The translations under genes and the position numbers were made by a program. A stretch of 64,000 bases of DNA from contig CAZTBI010000001.1 in assembly GCA_964612055.1 (NCBI GenBank), positions 356,824 through 420,823 on the forward strand, in the 5' to 3' direction. Of the stretch, positions 1 to 9,631 are shown one piece after another; position 1 is the first letter of the stretch, and every line of letters starts with the position of its first letter. The notes beneath the pieces were generated by a model, which was given only the letters and a program-made list of their open reading frames with translations, did not search any database and was not told the DNA's origin. This DNA comes from an uncultured Bdellovibrionales bacterium (GTDB lineage Bacteria; Patescibacteriota; Minisyncoccia; Moranbacterales; UBA1568).

Positions 1-129
1 CTCAAAATACACTTTTCCTAATTCACTTTTTGGAACGTCTAAAAAATCAGCCAATTTTTGCATGAAAACACCACCAGGCTCTCCATACACTACTCCACCA
101 TAATCAAACCCAATTGCTTTATATTTCAT
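1..129 (-). CDS. Partial ORF (N-terminal part only, continues beyond window start); HAD-like hydrolase N-terminus (MKYKAIGFDYGGVV...)
   Basis: Minus-strand ATG at ~127-129 with open frame to position 1. The motif KAIGFDYGG resembles the HAD DxD-type N-terminus. Weak evidence. Confidence 0.3.
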   Translation of the reverse strand, partial: MKYKAIGFDYGGVVYGEPGGVFMQKLADFLDVPKSELGKVYFE

Positions 130-140
130 AAATTACGACG

Positions 141-1964
141 CTATTTTTTCAACACAGCAAGAAAAGCACTCGACGGAATAGAAACTCTCCCCTGGCCCAT
201 TTCCTTGGCTTTTTTCTTCCCCTTTTTCTGCTTCTCCAAAAGCTTCTTCTTGCGTGAGAAGTCACCACCATACATGTAGCCGGTCACGTCCTTGCGGTAG
301 GCAGCAATCGTCTCCCGAGCAATCACCTTGCCACCGATAGCCGCCTGCAGAGCCACGGCAAAGTTCTGGCGCGGCAACACTTCTTTCAATTTTTCCACCA
401 CGCGCTTGCCCTCACTGTGAGCATCACGTTTCGGCACCATGCGAGCAAAGGCATCGACTGGTTCATTGGCCACCAAAATATCAAGCTTGATAACATCGCT
501 TTCTCGATAACCGATCAATTCATAGTTCATGGAAGCGTAGCCAGAAGAAGCGCTTTTCAAATCATCGTGGAAGTTCACGATCACATCCATAAGTGGCGCC
601 TCAAAAGAAAGCAGTACGCGCTCTTCGTCGATATATTCCGTATTCTTGTAATCAGCTCGGATAGACTGGCACAGCTGCATGACACCACCGAGGTATTCAC
701 TTGGCGCTACAATCGAAAGCGCCACATACGGTTCGTACATAGCTTCGATACTCGCCGGATCTGGCAGATCAACCGGCGAATACAGGGCAATATTTTTCTC
801 CTCACCTCGAATTTTCATTTCATATACCACCGATGGCGTCGTAATGGTCGGTACCAGACTAAATTCTCGCTCCAGACGCGCCTGAATAATTTCCAAATGA
901 AGCAGCCCTAGGAATCCACAACGAAAACCCCGACCGAGTGCCTGGTTACTTTCCGGCTCAAAAGTGAAAGCGGCGTCATTGAGTTTCAGTTTATCAAGGG
1001 CGTCACGCATAAGCGTGTAGTCGTCGCCATCCACCGGATACATACTGGCATACACAGCTGGTCTGATTTCTTTGTATCCCGGCAGCCGCTCTACCACGGT
1101 CTGGTCACGATCTTTCTTTTTCCAGGTCACGGTATCACCGACCCGGCAGTCAGCCACGGCCTTCAGCCCAGTAGCTACATACCCAATATCACCAGCACGC
1201 AAAACATCGGTCGCCACAAGATTCGGATGGAAAAGCCCAACCTCGACTGTCACGCCCTCTTTTTCCGTCCCGAGCATATGAAGCACATCGTCACGCTTCA
1301 CAGAACCATCAACGACTTTCACATACGCCACGACGCCCTTGTAGGTATTGTAGACGGAATCAAAAATAAGAGCCCGCAGCGGCGCCTCCTCATCACCCTT
1401 TGGTCCCGGCACTCGCTCAATCACACGCTCCAGTACCGCCTGCACGCCGAGACCGGTCTTCCCAGAAGCGAGGAGGATATCTTCTTCTTTGACACCCAGA
1501 ATATGCACGATTTCTTTCTTTGTTTTTTCCACCTGGGCATTTGGCAAATCAATCTTGTTGATTACTGGAATAATCTCTAATCCCTGTTCAATGGCCAAGT
1601 ACAGGTTCGCCAAAGTCTGAGCCTGCACACCTTTGGTGGCATCAACGAGCAAAATTGCCCCTTCGACAGCCGCCAAAGAGCGGGATACTTCGTAGTGAAA
1701 GTCGACATGTCCTGGAGTATCAATCAGATTGAGCATGTACTCCGTTCCTTGGTAGGCATAATGCATCTGGACTGGCTGAAGCTTGATAGTAATACCGCGT
1801 TCACGTTCCAGGTCCATTTGATCGAGCAACTGCTCCTTCATCTTGCGCATTTCTACCGTTTTAGTCAGCTCAAGCAGCCGGTCAGCCAGAGTCGACTTTC
1901 CGTGATCAATGTGCGCAATAATACAAAAATTGCGGATATTTTGTTGACGTATACTTTTGTCCAT
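141..1964 (-). CDS. lepA: Elongation factor 4 (LepA), translational GTPase
   Basis: 607 aa. G-domain motifs AHIDHGKST and DTPGHVDF, and a LepA-specific C-terminal domain. ATG start confirmed in the sequence. Confidence 0.95.
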   Translation of the reverse strand: MDKSIRQQNIRNFCIIAHIDHGKSTLADRLLELTKTVEMRKMKEQLLDQMDLERERGITIKLQPVQMHYAYQGTEYMLNLIDTPGHVDFHYEVSRSLAAVEGAILLVDATKGVQAQTLANLYLAIEQGLEIIPVINKIDLPNAQVEKTKKEIVHILGVKEEDILLASGKTGLGVQAVLERVIERVPGPKGDEEAPLRALIFDSVYNTYKGVVAYVKVVDGSVKRDDVLHMLGTEKEGVTVEVGLFHPNLVATDVLRAGDIGYVATGLKAVADCRVGDTVTWKKKDRDQTVVERLPGYKEIRPAVYASMYPVDGDDYTLMRDALDKLKLNDAAFTFEPESNQALGRGFRCGFLGLLHLEIIQARLEREFSLVPTITTPSVVYEMKIRGEEKNIALYSPVDLPDPASIEAMYEPYVALSIVAPSEYLGGVMQLCQSIRADYKNTEYIDEERVLLSFEAPLMDVIVNFHDDLKSASSGYASMNYELIGYRESDVIKLDILVANEPVDAFARMVPKRDAHSEGKRVVEKLKEVLPRQNFAVALQAAIGGKVIARETIAAYRKDVTGYMYGGDFSRKKKLLEKQKKGKKKAKEMGQGRVSIPSSAFLAVLKK

Positions 1965-2000
1965 TCCCCAAGCCTAGCCGAAAAATGCCCTTCGAGCAAG

Positions 2001-2040
2001 GAAAAAGAAAAAAGGCGTCCTTGAGATTCCAAGAACGCCT
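2001..2040 (-). terminator. Intrinsic terminator (interrupted 10-bp stem plus T-rich tail) downstream of small Cys ORF
   Basis: Stem AGGCGT-c-CTTG ... CAAG-a-ACGCCT. On the minus strand followed by TTTTTTCTTTTTCC. Confidence 0.6.
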
Positions 2041-2058
2041 CCTATGCCATGTTTGTAA

Positions 2059-2271
2059 TCAGTCCACTTCCCAGGGACCAAGCACTACCTCCAATTGCTC
2101 CTTGGCAACCCCAGCCTTATTTGCTGCCGCATTCCGGCAACAAGCCCTGACAGCTCGCTCAGGACTACCGGTTACCGTAAATGTGTACCGATCGCCTGAG
2201 TGACCACAAGGGCAAGGGCGATGGAGTGCCAACTTCATTCGGTCCTGCTTACTTACTTGTTCGACAAACAC
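2059..2271 (-). CDS. Small Cys-rich hypothetical protein (CPCGH...CC), GTG start
   Basis: 70-aa ORF followed by an intrinsic terminator at ~2001-2040. The start codon is GTG with a weak RBS. Coding status uncertain. Confidence 0.3.
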   Translation of the reverse strand: MFVEQVSKQDRMKLALHRPCPCGHSGDRYTFTVTGSPERAVRACCRNAAANKAGVAKEQLEVVLGPWEVD

Positions 2272-2303
2272 AGTGTTACCCTTCCTTTCTTTGCCAGTGG
2301 AAA

Positions 2304-2342
2304 GAACAAAAAAGCCGGTCTGCTTTGGGGCGAGACCGGCTT
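2304..2342 (-). terminator. Intrinsic terminator: perfect 10-bp stem AAGCCGGTCT/AGACCGGCTT plus T6
   Basis: Seen directly. Loop 11 nt. Minus-strand tail TTTTTTGTTCTTT. Confidence 0.7.
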
Positions 2343-2485
2343 CTGTCTACTGTTTCGAACTTCCTCTACCCACGCGTAACAGCAAAAAGAAACTGACCTC
2401 GCTTCTCCCAAAAGAAGAAGCCGGCAATCATTTGCATAAAAAAGCGCTCTGTGGAATTCAAAATATGTTGCATAAAAGTATTCTC

Positions 2486-2514
2486 AAAATACCAACTCCA
2501 CTCCCGATTGTCAA
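2486..2514 (-). promoter_or_regulatory. Sigma70-like promoter TTGACA-17-TATTTT driving a short minus-strand unit that ends at the 2304-2342 terminator
   Basis: -35 is an exact consensus hexamer. The unit contains only a 35-codon ORF without an RBS. Confidence 0.45.
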
Positions 2515-2530
2515 ATATCATTCCTAAAAG

Positions 2531-2565
2531 AAAAAATTGTTTACACCATGGTGTAAACAATTTCC
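2531..2565. terminator. Bidirectional terminator: perfect 24-nt palindrome TTGTTTACACCATGGTGTAAACAA flanked by A6 and T3
   Basis: Seen directly. Downstream of the 84-aa gene on the minus strand. Confidence 0.7.
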
Positions 2566-2597
2566 ATGAATCCCTTTCTGCGACACCAGACATTGCC

Positions 2598-2852
2598 CTA
2601 ACCGATATAAAGGGCGTTGGTCCGGCTTCGGTTTTGCAAAAACTTCTCTTTAGCGTCAATAGCTTTTTTCTTGTCCGCAGCTGTTGACGCTTGCTTAACT
2701 GCTCGATCATGGGCCGCCACATCACGATGGAAGTTTTGGTGCGAAACATGTACCGCATATTGACCCCATGCAGCTCTCCGACGAGCTTCTTGCTCCCAAC
2801 CCACCCAATCGAAATCCTCTGGCTGGGGTTCGGATCTCTTACGACTCGACAT
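2598..2852 (-). CDS. Hypothetical small protein (84 aa)
   Basis: Own TTGACA-16-TATCTT promoter at ~2894-2921, AGGAGG RBS 6 nt before ATG, and a perfect 24-nt palindromic terminator at 2537-2560. Confidence 0.5.
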   Translation of the reverse strand: MSSRKRSEPQPEDFDWVGWEQEARRRAAWGQYAVHVSHQNFHRDVAAHDRAVKQASTAADKKKAIDAKEKFLQNRSRTNALYIG

Positions 2853-2893
2853 GATTGCCTCCTATTCCATCTCTCGGTGAGAGACTCTGAAGA

Positions 2894-2921
2894 AAAGATA
2901 CAGCATAGAAACGACCTGTCA
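2894..2921 (-). promoter_or_regulatory. Sigma70-like promoter TTGACA-16-TATCTT for the 84-aa gene
   Basis: Seen directly, immediately downstream of the murJ stop. Confidence 0.5.
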
Positions 2922-2931
2922 AGAGATTTAT

Positions 2932-4587
2932 TCACCAATCACCTCGCTCAGGATGGTCTTCGGCCAAGGCGGCGGTTTCTGGTTGACGGAAGACGCGACA
3001 GAGGAAAAATCGTCTGACGCGCTCCAATTCCTCGATCTGAAGCCAATACGAGAACAGGATGAACGCTCCCCCACCGATAGCGAAACCGGAAAGGAGCTGC
3101 AGGAACACTTCGATGAAGGTATCAAGCTCGTTGGTCGTCAACGCAAAAACTGATTTGGAAAACTGAGCAACTCCACCTGCCAGAAGTGAGGCAAGAAGAA
3201 TTTTCCCCACTGGAACCACAATCATCTTGTCGTCCCAAAAGGAAAGACTTTTTCGAAGGAGAAAATACAGGAGTGCAAAGTTCAATATGGTACTCACAGA
3301 GAAAGCAATCGCCAACCCCTGTACCGCGTACTGTGGCAACAAAATCGGAATGAGAATGATATGTACCGCTTCACTCACCAAGGCAACGTACAAAGGTGTC
3401 TTGGTATTTTGGAGCGCAAAGAACGCCCGAGCAAACAGCGGAATCAAACTCTGGGCAAACAGACTGATTGCCAGAAACTTCAGTACTTCAAAAGTTGTGA
3501 TGGTATCCTGCCAGTCGAAATTTCCAGATCCAAGAATAACACGAACACACTGGGCGCGGAAAATAATCATAAAGATCGAAAGTGGCACCACGAAAAACAA
3601 AATCTTGCGCGCGGTCCCGGCGAGCATCAGGAAAAAATCCTTGTCACTTTTCTTGGCCGCAAAGAGCGAAAGCGCCGGAAATGCTGCTAAAGAAAAAGCA
3701 ATTCCAAACAAACCTAAGGGAACACTCTGAATGTTGTTGGCCAGAGTAAACGCCGCCAAACTTCCGGAAACCAAGGTCGACGCGAAAATCGTCATGACCA
3801 AGAGACTCACCTGATTCACCGCCATACCAAGCGAACGCGGAATCATGAGCTTGAGCACTCGTCTCACGTTTTCATCCTTCCAGGCTGTAAACAACGCCCA
3901 CTGATACTGGAACCCAGCTCGATGCAAGCTCGGGTACTGAACAACCATATGAAGGAACGAACCCAAGACCACTCCCCAGGCCAGGCCGGCCGGACCAAAA
4001 GCTGTCGTCAAAAACAAGGCTCCAAAAATAATACCAACATTGTAGAAAACCGGAGCGAAAGAATACGCAGCAAACTGTTTGAATGAAACCAGAACACCCC
4101 CAAAAACTGAACTGACTGCAAGAAAGAGTGGGGAAAGGAGCATGATACGAGTAAGCTCCGTCACCAGTTGTTGCTTCTCGGGATTAAATCCTGGCGCCAA
4201 GAAAGCCGTCAACTGAGAAGCAAAGAGAATCCCAAAGAAAGAAAAACAACCGAGCGAAAAGAGCGTGGTGTGGAGCACGCCCGACGTCAACTTCCAAGCC
4301 GCTTCTTTTTTCTCCTCTGTCAGAAGCTGAGTAAAAACTGGAACGAAGGCCGCGCTCAGAGCTCCTAGTACCAAAAAACTGTACACCAGGTCCGGTAAAC
4401 GAAAGGCGGTGTAATACGCATCGAGCACATCACCGGCACCAAACTGCGACGCAAGGACGCGGTCACGGATGAAGCCCAAGAAACGACTGGCAATACCAGC
4501 AAAGGCGATCAGGAGCGCCGCGCCACCAACGGTCGCGCTCGGCGTACTCCCCCATGAAACAATCTGATTGACGACTTTTTTTACCAT
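2932..4587 (-). CDS. murJ: Lipid II flippase MurJ (MviN family)
   Basis: 551 aa polytopic membrane protein with the MurJ/MviN-type N-terminus (ASRFLGFIRDRVLASQFGAGDVLDAYYTAFRLPD). Confidence 0.85.
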   Translation of the reverse strand: MVKKVVNQIVSWGSTPSATVGGAALLIAFAGIASRFLGFIRDRVLASQFGAGDVLDAYYTAFRLPDLVYSFLVLGALSAAFVPVFTQLLTEEKKEAAWKLTSGVLHTTLFSLGCFSFFGILFASQLTAFLAPGFNPEKQQLVTELTRIMLLSPLFLAVSSVFGGVLVSFKQFAAYSFAPVFYNVGIIFGALFLTTAFGPAGLAWGVVLGSFLHMVVQYPSLHRAGFQYQWALFTAWKDENVRRVLKLMIPRSLGMAVNQVSLLVMTIFASTLVSGSLAAFTLANNIQSVPLGLFGIAFSLAAFPALSLFAAKKSDKDFFLMLAGTARKILFFVVPLSIFMIIFRAQCVRVILGSGNFDWQDTITTFEVLKFLAISLFAQSLIPLFARAFFALQNTKTPLYVALVSEAVHIILIPILLPQYAVQGLAIAFSVSTILNFALLYFLLRKSLSFWDDKMIVVPVGKILLASLLAGGVAQFSKSVFALTTNELDTFIEVFLQLLSGFAIGGGAFILFSYWLQIEELERVRRFFLCRVFRQPETAALAEDHPERGDW

Positions 4588-4603
4588 GTTTTTGTAAGAG
4601 AAA

Positions 4604-6808
4604 TCACCGAGAACCGAAAACGATCCCCTGAAAAACGTCTGTTTTTAGATCAGTTTCACGACGGAGTTCACGTCCATACGGTACCAGATTCGGCGCAGTC
4701 TGCCAAATGGGATTGAGATTCTGAGGAAATGATACTGATGAAAGAAGCGAACTGCCCATAGAACCTGCCTGCTTCTGAAAAAGCACCGAGTAAGAATCTG
4801 CCCCCTCTTCAGCTACCGCCTTAGCATCAACACGGAATGGTAGGAGGTAGCGATATTTGAGCGTCACTGACTCTTTCGGACTGACATAGGCCCAGGCACC
4901 GAACACTGTCTTATTCCCATCCACCGATATACGCACACCTGTCTTTGGATCAACGGTCATACTCTTTTCCTCACGTTCCACATCGGGATCCGTTTTGAAT
5001 CCCAAACGATCATAATCAAGTGGCGCCGGCGGAAACTCCCACGTCGTCCCTTCAGATGAAAGCAGTGTCGAACCCTTAGGCACATAGACCCGTACATAAT
5101 CAGCATTGACCTTGTTCCACCAATCATACGGCGTATCACCACCACGATGCGTACGGACAATAGTCACTGTGTCGATCACTGATCCATCATCTTGTATTTC
5201 CGCTTGATGTTTGATGCTCTCATCGATCACGCCGTCTGTTTTATAACCATTGATGTTACTGTGGATAACGGAGAGATAATCTTTTGGTGTATCAAGCACG
5301 CGCCCAGACCAACCCACTTCATCGATCAATTTTTCTGTTTCGGGATGACGAGCATACAGAAGGATGTGTTTTTCGTTTATTCCCTCAACCAATGACTCGG
5401 CGATACGACCAAGTGTCTTCCGATCCTGCAAAGCAAACACTTTTTCAATCAGAAGTTCGGAAAGATCAGCGAGTATCTGCTTCGGTTTATTCTCCTCCTT
5501 GTCATACTTTACTTCTACCTGTTCCTGAATAACAGGTATGAAATTATCCGCATCGACTGTCAGGCCGTACTGCGGCAAAGTAATCGGTCCGATAACAGAC
5601 AGCAGTCTCTGCATGATCACTGGCGTAAGCGTCACCACGCCATCCACCGTCGGTCCGCCAGTTTTTTCGTAGAAGAATATCGCCTTTTCAGCAGAGGTTG
5701 GAAAATCCGGAAACCAGTTACTGTCATGGAGACTCCAGCCAGCGCTGACCTTCTGCAACGGTTTCGGCGGAATGATATTTTCCTTGAGCTGTCCGTCTGG
5801 GTTGAAAATACCATCGACAAAGAAACGACGCACCACGCCATCATTTACATCAAGAAGTGCATACGTCCCGATGAATCCTCCGGTGGCCCGCATCTCGTGG
5901 TTGTTCTGAAGAAGAAAGAGATAGGTGCGTGGGCCATTGCCTCCGAGAAGTTCGTGAATCAACTGCTCATTCTTTTCGAAGCCGGAAAGAAGACTAAGGA
6001 GCGTCGGGAGTGCTGTACGGACAGAAAGAAACTTTTCCCGCCTTGCTTCCGGAATATCGTTCAATCGCACCAAAGAAAGCTCTTCCGAAGCCTGTTCAAG
6101 TGACGTGCGGGCCCGATTCAAAGGGTCTTTCGCCTGGGTCAGGAGATCAAGCAGCGATATTTTCTCACCCTGTGCATAGGCTTCCTTGGAAAGGGAAACG
6201 TCTTGTATAAGTTTCGAAAGCGGTTGCCCGGCTTGCGCGAAATGACGACCCGCTTCGATTGCATGCTTTCCCGAAGCCAATCGAGAGAGTCCCGGAATAA
6301 AACGGGTCGCATCAATCAGGATACTTCCTGGGAAAGAAAGCGTCGCTTCTGCCTGTGCAAACGACTGATGGGCGCTTTCGAAATGTCTACTCGCGCCATC
6401 ATATTGTTTCAACCTCAAAAGATCAGCTGCAAGAGCAAGATCTGCATAACCACTCTCGACCTGTTCCAATGTAGCATCTTTGGCTGTGACAGCAGTCCGA
6501 AAAAGCACATATCCCACTATCCCAAAGAAAGAAAGAAGCGCTATCACCAAAAATACTTTTCTCGATCCCGGCAATAGCGGCGAATGTTTTTCTTCTACCG
6601 GTTCTGCAGAATAGTACACTTCTCGAGACACCTCCTCTTGTGGAGAAAATGAATCTGATCCCAGGTCCAAAGAACTCTCTTCTGATGAAGAATATTCGTA
6701 TGAGACAGGATCAACACTTTCCCTTCCCGAGGAACCCTCTCCGAAAGTTGAGGGTTTCATATCAGAGAGCGATGGCCTTTCATTTTTCTGTAGAGGAGAG
6801 GGTAGCAT
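4604..6808 (-). CDS. DUF4012-like envelope protein: N-terminal disordered acidic/Ser-rich segment plus TM anchor
   Basis: 734 aa. Contains NNHEMRATGGFIGTYALL, which resembles the DUF4012 signature. Adjacent to a GT4 glycosyltransferase, as is typical for this family. Confidence 0.55.
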   Translation of the reverse strand: MLPSPLQKNERPSLSDMKPSTFGEGSSGRESVDPVSYEYSSSEESSLDLGSDSFSPQEEVSREVYYSAEPVEEKHSPLLPGSRKVFLVIALLSFFGIVGYVLFRTAVTAKDATLEQVESGYADLALAADLLRLKQYDGASRHFESAHQSFAQAEATLSFPGSILIDATRFIPGLSRLASGKHAIEAGRHFAQAGQPLSKLIQDVSLSKEAYAQGEKISLLDLLTQAKDPLNRARTSLEQASEELSLVRLNDIPEARREKFLSVRTALPTLLSLLSGFEKNEQLIHELLGGNGPRTYLFLLQNNHEMRATGGFIGTYALLDVNDGVVRRFFVDGIFNPDGQLKENIIPPKPLQKVSAGWSLHDSNWFPDFPTSAEKAIFFYEKTGGPTVDGVVTLTPVIMQRLLSVIGPITLPQYGLTVDADNFIPVIQEQVEVKYDKEENKPKQILADLSELLIEKVFALQDRKTLGRIAESLVEGINEKHILLYARHPETEKLIDEVGWSGRVLDTPKDYLSVIHSNINGYKTDGVIDESIKHQAEIQDDGSVIDTVTIVRTHRGGDTPYDWWNKVNADYVRVYVPKGSTLLSSEGTTWEFPPAPLDYDRLGFKTDPDVEREEKSMTVDPKTGVRISVDGNKTVFGAWAYVSPKESVTLKYRYLLPFRVDAKAVAEEGADSYSVLFQKQAGSMGSSLLSSVSFPQNLNPIWQTAPNLVPYGRELRRETDLKTDVFQGIVFGSR

Positions 6809-7985
6809 GAGGAAATGTTTTGTTTTTGAGGACTCGTTGATATACCAGGTACGTCGCAGCAGCCATATCTCGGAAATGAAATTTTGCTGCTTGGCGATAC
6901 CCTTTTTCTCGGAGCACTTCTTTCAAATGAAGATCTCCTTCTGCTGTTTGCATCGCTTGTACCAATTCTTTCTCTGACGTCGGATCAAAATAAAGTGCTG
7001 CATCACCGAGAATTTCCGGAAGTGACCCTCGATCAGAGGCGACTACGGGCGCGCCACAGGCCATAGCCTCAAGCGGCGGTAAACCAAATCCCTCGTACAG
7101 TGACGGAAAAACATAGATCCGAGCAAAACGATAGAGCGAGGAAAGTTCTTGGTCACTGAGAAATCCAGCAAAAATAACATTCTCTATTCCGAGTGATTCC
7201 GCTTCAGCTTTGAGACGAGCATAGAAGAAATCTTCTCTCCCTACCAGAACCAGCTTGTGTTTTGGAAACACCTTGGCACAAGCAAAAAGTATAGAAAGAT
7301 TCTTGTGCGGATATGCATTGCCAACGTACAGGAAATACGGCTGTATTATATCACGGTACGATAGAGTCTTGATACTCGACTGTTCTCCAGAAAGGAGCCC
7401 TAATCGCTCGAAAAGCTCTTCCTCTTGTTTAGGAGGAGAAAACTGACAAAAAAGATCAGCTGCTTCATAGGTCACTGTCATCTTCGAAGAAGCTATTGGG
7501 TAATGTTTGGCGATGTCTCGCTCGGTAAAATGAGAGACGGTGATGATATGAGCTGCCCGATATACTGCAGAAGCAATAACCATGCGATACACAGCAAACT
7601 TGATCCAGTACAACCATGGAAAACGCGTCGTATTACGCAAGGTGGGATAGTGTACCAAGATGAGGTCGTGGATAGTCACCACGAATTTCTTGCCGTATAA
7701 AAGCGGGACATTGAAATGCGGAAAGTGTACCAGATCAAGATGCTCACGATAGAGCAAGGAGACGAAGAGTGTTTGTTCGGCAAAACCATACCAAGCATAC
7801 TGAGCTTCCATCTTTCTGAAACGCGGATTCTTGGGAGTGTATTCTGAAAAGTTTTCTCGACGCAAAAAAACCACGTAGTCATTCTCTTGATCGAGAGACT
7901 CCAGATGTTCGATAAGTTTCTCAGTGTAGCGGCCTAGACCCTTACCAAGGGAGCCATAGAACCGAGCGTCGATACCAATGCGCAT
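6780..7985 (-). CDS. Glycosyltransferase family 4 (GT-B fold)
   Basis: 401 aa. N-terminal IGIDAR and the C-terminal GT4 E-x7-E region ([25 protein letters not shown]). Confidence 0.85.
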   Translation of the reverse strand: MRIGIDARFYGSLGKGLGRYTEKLIEHLESLDQENDYVVFLRRENFSEYTPKNPRFRKMEAQYAWYGFAEQTLFVSLLYREHLDLVHFPHFNVPLLYGKKFVVTIHDLILVHYPTLRNTTRFPWLYWIKFAVYRMVIASAVYRAAHIITVSHFTERDIAKHYPIASSKMTVTYEAADLFCQFSPPKQEEELFERLGLLSGEQSSIKTLSYRDIIQPYFLYVGNAYPHKNLSILFACAKVFPKHKLVLVGREDFFYARLKAEAESLGIENVIFAGFLSDQELSSLYRFARIYVFPSLYEGFGLPPLEAMACGAPVVASDRGSLPEILGDAALYFDPTSEKELVQAMQTAEGDLHLKEVLREKGYRQAAKFHFRDMAAATYLVYQRVLKNKTFPHATLSSTEK

Positions 7986-7999
7986 AGCAAATTCTCGTC

Positions 8000-8683
8000 T
8001 TAGGATACCTTGCTCTGTTCCAGAGAATACAAGAGCAATGCTTCAGAGACAAGAATCTTAAAGACCTCACCGTCCTCAAGATGATTTTTTGTTTTGGCAA
8101 AAATAAGAAAGGCCGCCACGCCCTGAGCTTGCTTTGGTGAACGCACCACGATATCCTCCCCTTCTTCCCAAAAAAATTTCCCTGTTGCCAAAAGCTGCTT
8201 CGGGGTGAGGGCTAGAGGAAATGTTTCTCCTCCATCTTTTTGGATCATCTTTTTCATTTCCTTCGTTTTGACATCTACAAAACACAAGGCGACATGATCC
8301 GTTTTAGAGAGGAGACTCGTCGTCTCAAGTAAAGAAGCATAGACATCGCCCCGTCCCTTCAAAAACGCCTGAGAAGCCATCTGCGGCAGGCGAAAGATAA
8401 GCTCTTTGACGATATCGAGCTTTCTATTCATTTCACCAATATACGAGTAGGAATCAGAGAGATCGCGTGTAATCATGTTGGCCTGCTTCTGCAGGTGAAG
8501 CTTCTCTCGAAACACCCGCAAAAGCGCCTTCTCTTTGGCCAAGTAAATCATGAAACCGAAGATCCCGAAACAGAAAATAAGCAACGACTCCACATCTTGT
8601 TCATGAAGAAAAAGCCAATTCTGAGAAATAAGTCTCGGAGTCAGGATAACGAGAATAAATATAACGAGATAGACCCAGTACAT
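8000..8683 (-). CDS. Hypothetical membrane-anchored protein (2 N-terminal TM helices plus cytoplasmic domain)
   Basis: 227-aa ORF tightly packed between GT4 and galU. No recognisable motif. Confidence 0.5.
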   Translation of the reverse strand: MYWVYLVIFILVILTPRLISQNWLFLHEQDVESLLIFCFGIFGFMIYLAKEKALLRVFREKLHLQKQANMITRDLSDSYSYIGEMNRKLDIVKELIFRLPQMASQAFLKGRGDVYASLLETTSLLSKTDHVALCFVDVKTKEMKKMIQKDGGETFPLALTPKQLLATGKFFWEEGEDIVVRSPKQAQGVAAFLIFAKTKNHLEDGEVFKILVSEALLLYSLEQSKVS

Positions 8684-8731
8684 GCCCGTATCGCGTAATG
8701 AATGAGAACTACTCTTTTGATGATGCGCTGA

Positions 8732-9619
8732 CTATATCTTCAATCCCTTCAAGTAAGCACGGAGCTTCTCGCCCACTTCCGGATGCTTTAACCCAAAGTG
8801 AATCGTGGCTCGCAAAAAATTAAACTTATCCCCCGTATCCAACCAGGTACCCGAGAGAATCCGACCGTGAAGCGGGCGTCCTTTTTCCAGCATGAGATCA
8901 AAAGCGTCAGCCAAACGGATCTCGCCAGACTTTCCATCGCTCATAGTCGCGAGTGTCTCAAATACTTCACGAGTAATGATGTACTTCCCTGGAGCAACGA
9001 TATTAGTCGGAGCATCTTCGGGCTTTGGCTTTTCGACAAAACGCGATATCTGCCACGTGTTCTCATCGATCTTTTTTCCATCAATCACCCCGAACTTCGA
9101 CACTTCGCTGTGCTCCACTTCTGTCAGACCGATAATCGGTGTCTGAAGCTCTTCATAGGCATCAATCAATTGTTTGGCCGCAGGTACTTCACTGTCATAA
9201 ATACAGTCTCCAAAAATCACCAGCACGGATTCATCGTCATCGACAAGGTGAGCTGCCTGTAGTAAAGCATGTCCATCACCAAGCGGCACCGGCTGACGCA
9301 CATACGAGAAACGGGCGAGACCAGAAATCTTCTGTACTGTTTCGAGCAGATCGTGCTTATTTTTTTCCACCAAGGTATCTTCGAGTTCATACGAGACATC
9401 AAAGTGATCCTCGATAGCCCGCTTACCACGACCCGTGACAAAGATGATTTCTTCGATACCGGCCGCTACGGCTTCTTCCACCAAATACTGCACCACTGGC
9501 TTATCCACTACTGGGAGCATTTCTTTCGGCTGCGCTTTGGTCGCCGGCAAAAAGCGGGTACCAAATCCAGCCACCGGGAAGATGGCTTTTTTGATCTTAT
9601 GAGGAGCAGCATTGGTCAT
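8732..9619 (-). CDS. galU: UTP--glucose-1-phosphate uridylyltransferase
   Basis: 295 aa. KAIFPVAGFGTRFLPATKAQPKEMLPVVDKP closely matches the GalU N-terminus. Confidence 0.9.
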   Translation of the reverse strand: MTNAAPHKIKKAIFPVAGFGTRFLPATKAQPKEMLPVVDKPVVQYLVEEAVAAGIEEIIFVTGRGKRAIEDHFDVSYELEDTLVEKNKHDLLETVQKISGLARFSYVRQPVPLGDGHALLQAAHLVDDDESVLVIFGDCIYDSEVPAAKQLIDAYEELQTPIIGLTEVEHSEVSKFGVIDGKKIDENTWQISRFVEKPKPEDAPTNIVAPGKYIITREVFETLATMSDGKSGEIRLADAFDLMLEKGRPLHGRILSGTWLDTGDKFNFLRATIHFGLKHPEVGEKLRAYLKGLKI

Positions 9620-9631
9620 AACAAAGGAGAG

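Noticed and set aside
417-911. 164-aa plus-strand ORF
   Set aside because: Antisense to lepA.
2366-2938. 190-aa minus-strand ORF
   Set aside because: It spans two hairpin terminators and a promoter. It overlaps, out of frame, the better-supported 84-aa gene. Its composition is odd. Only its last 35 codons lie in a transcribed unit.
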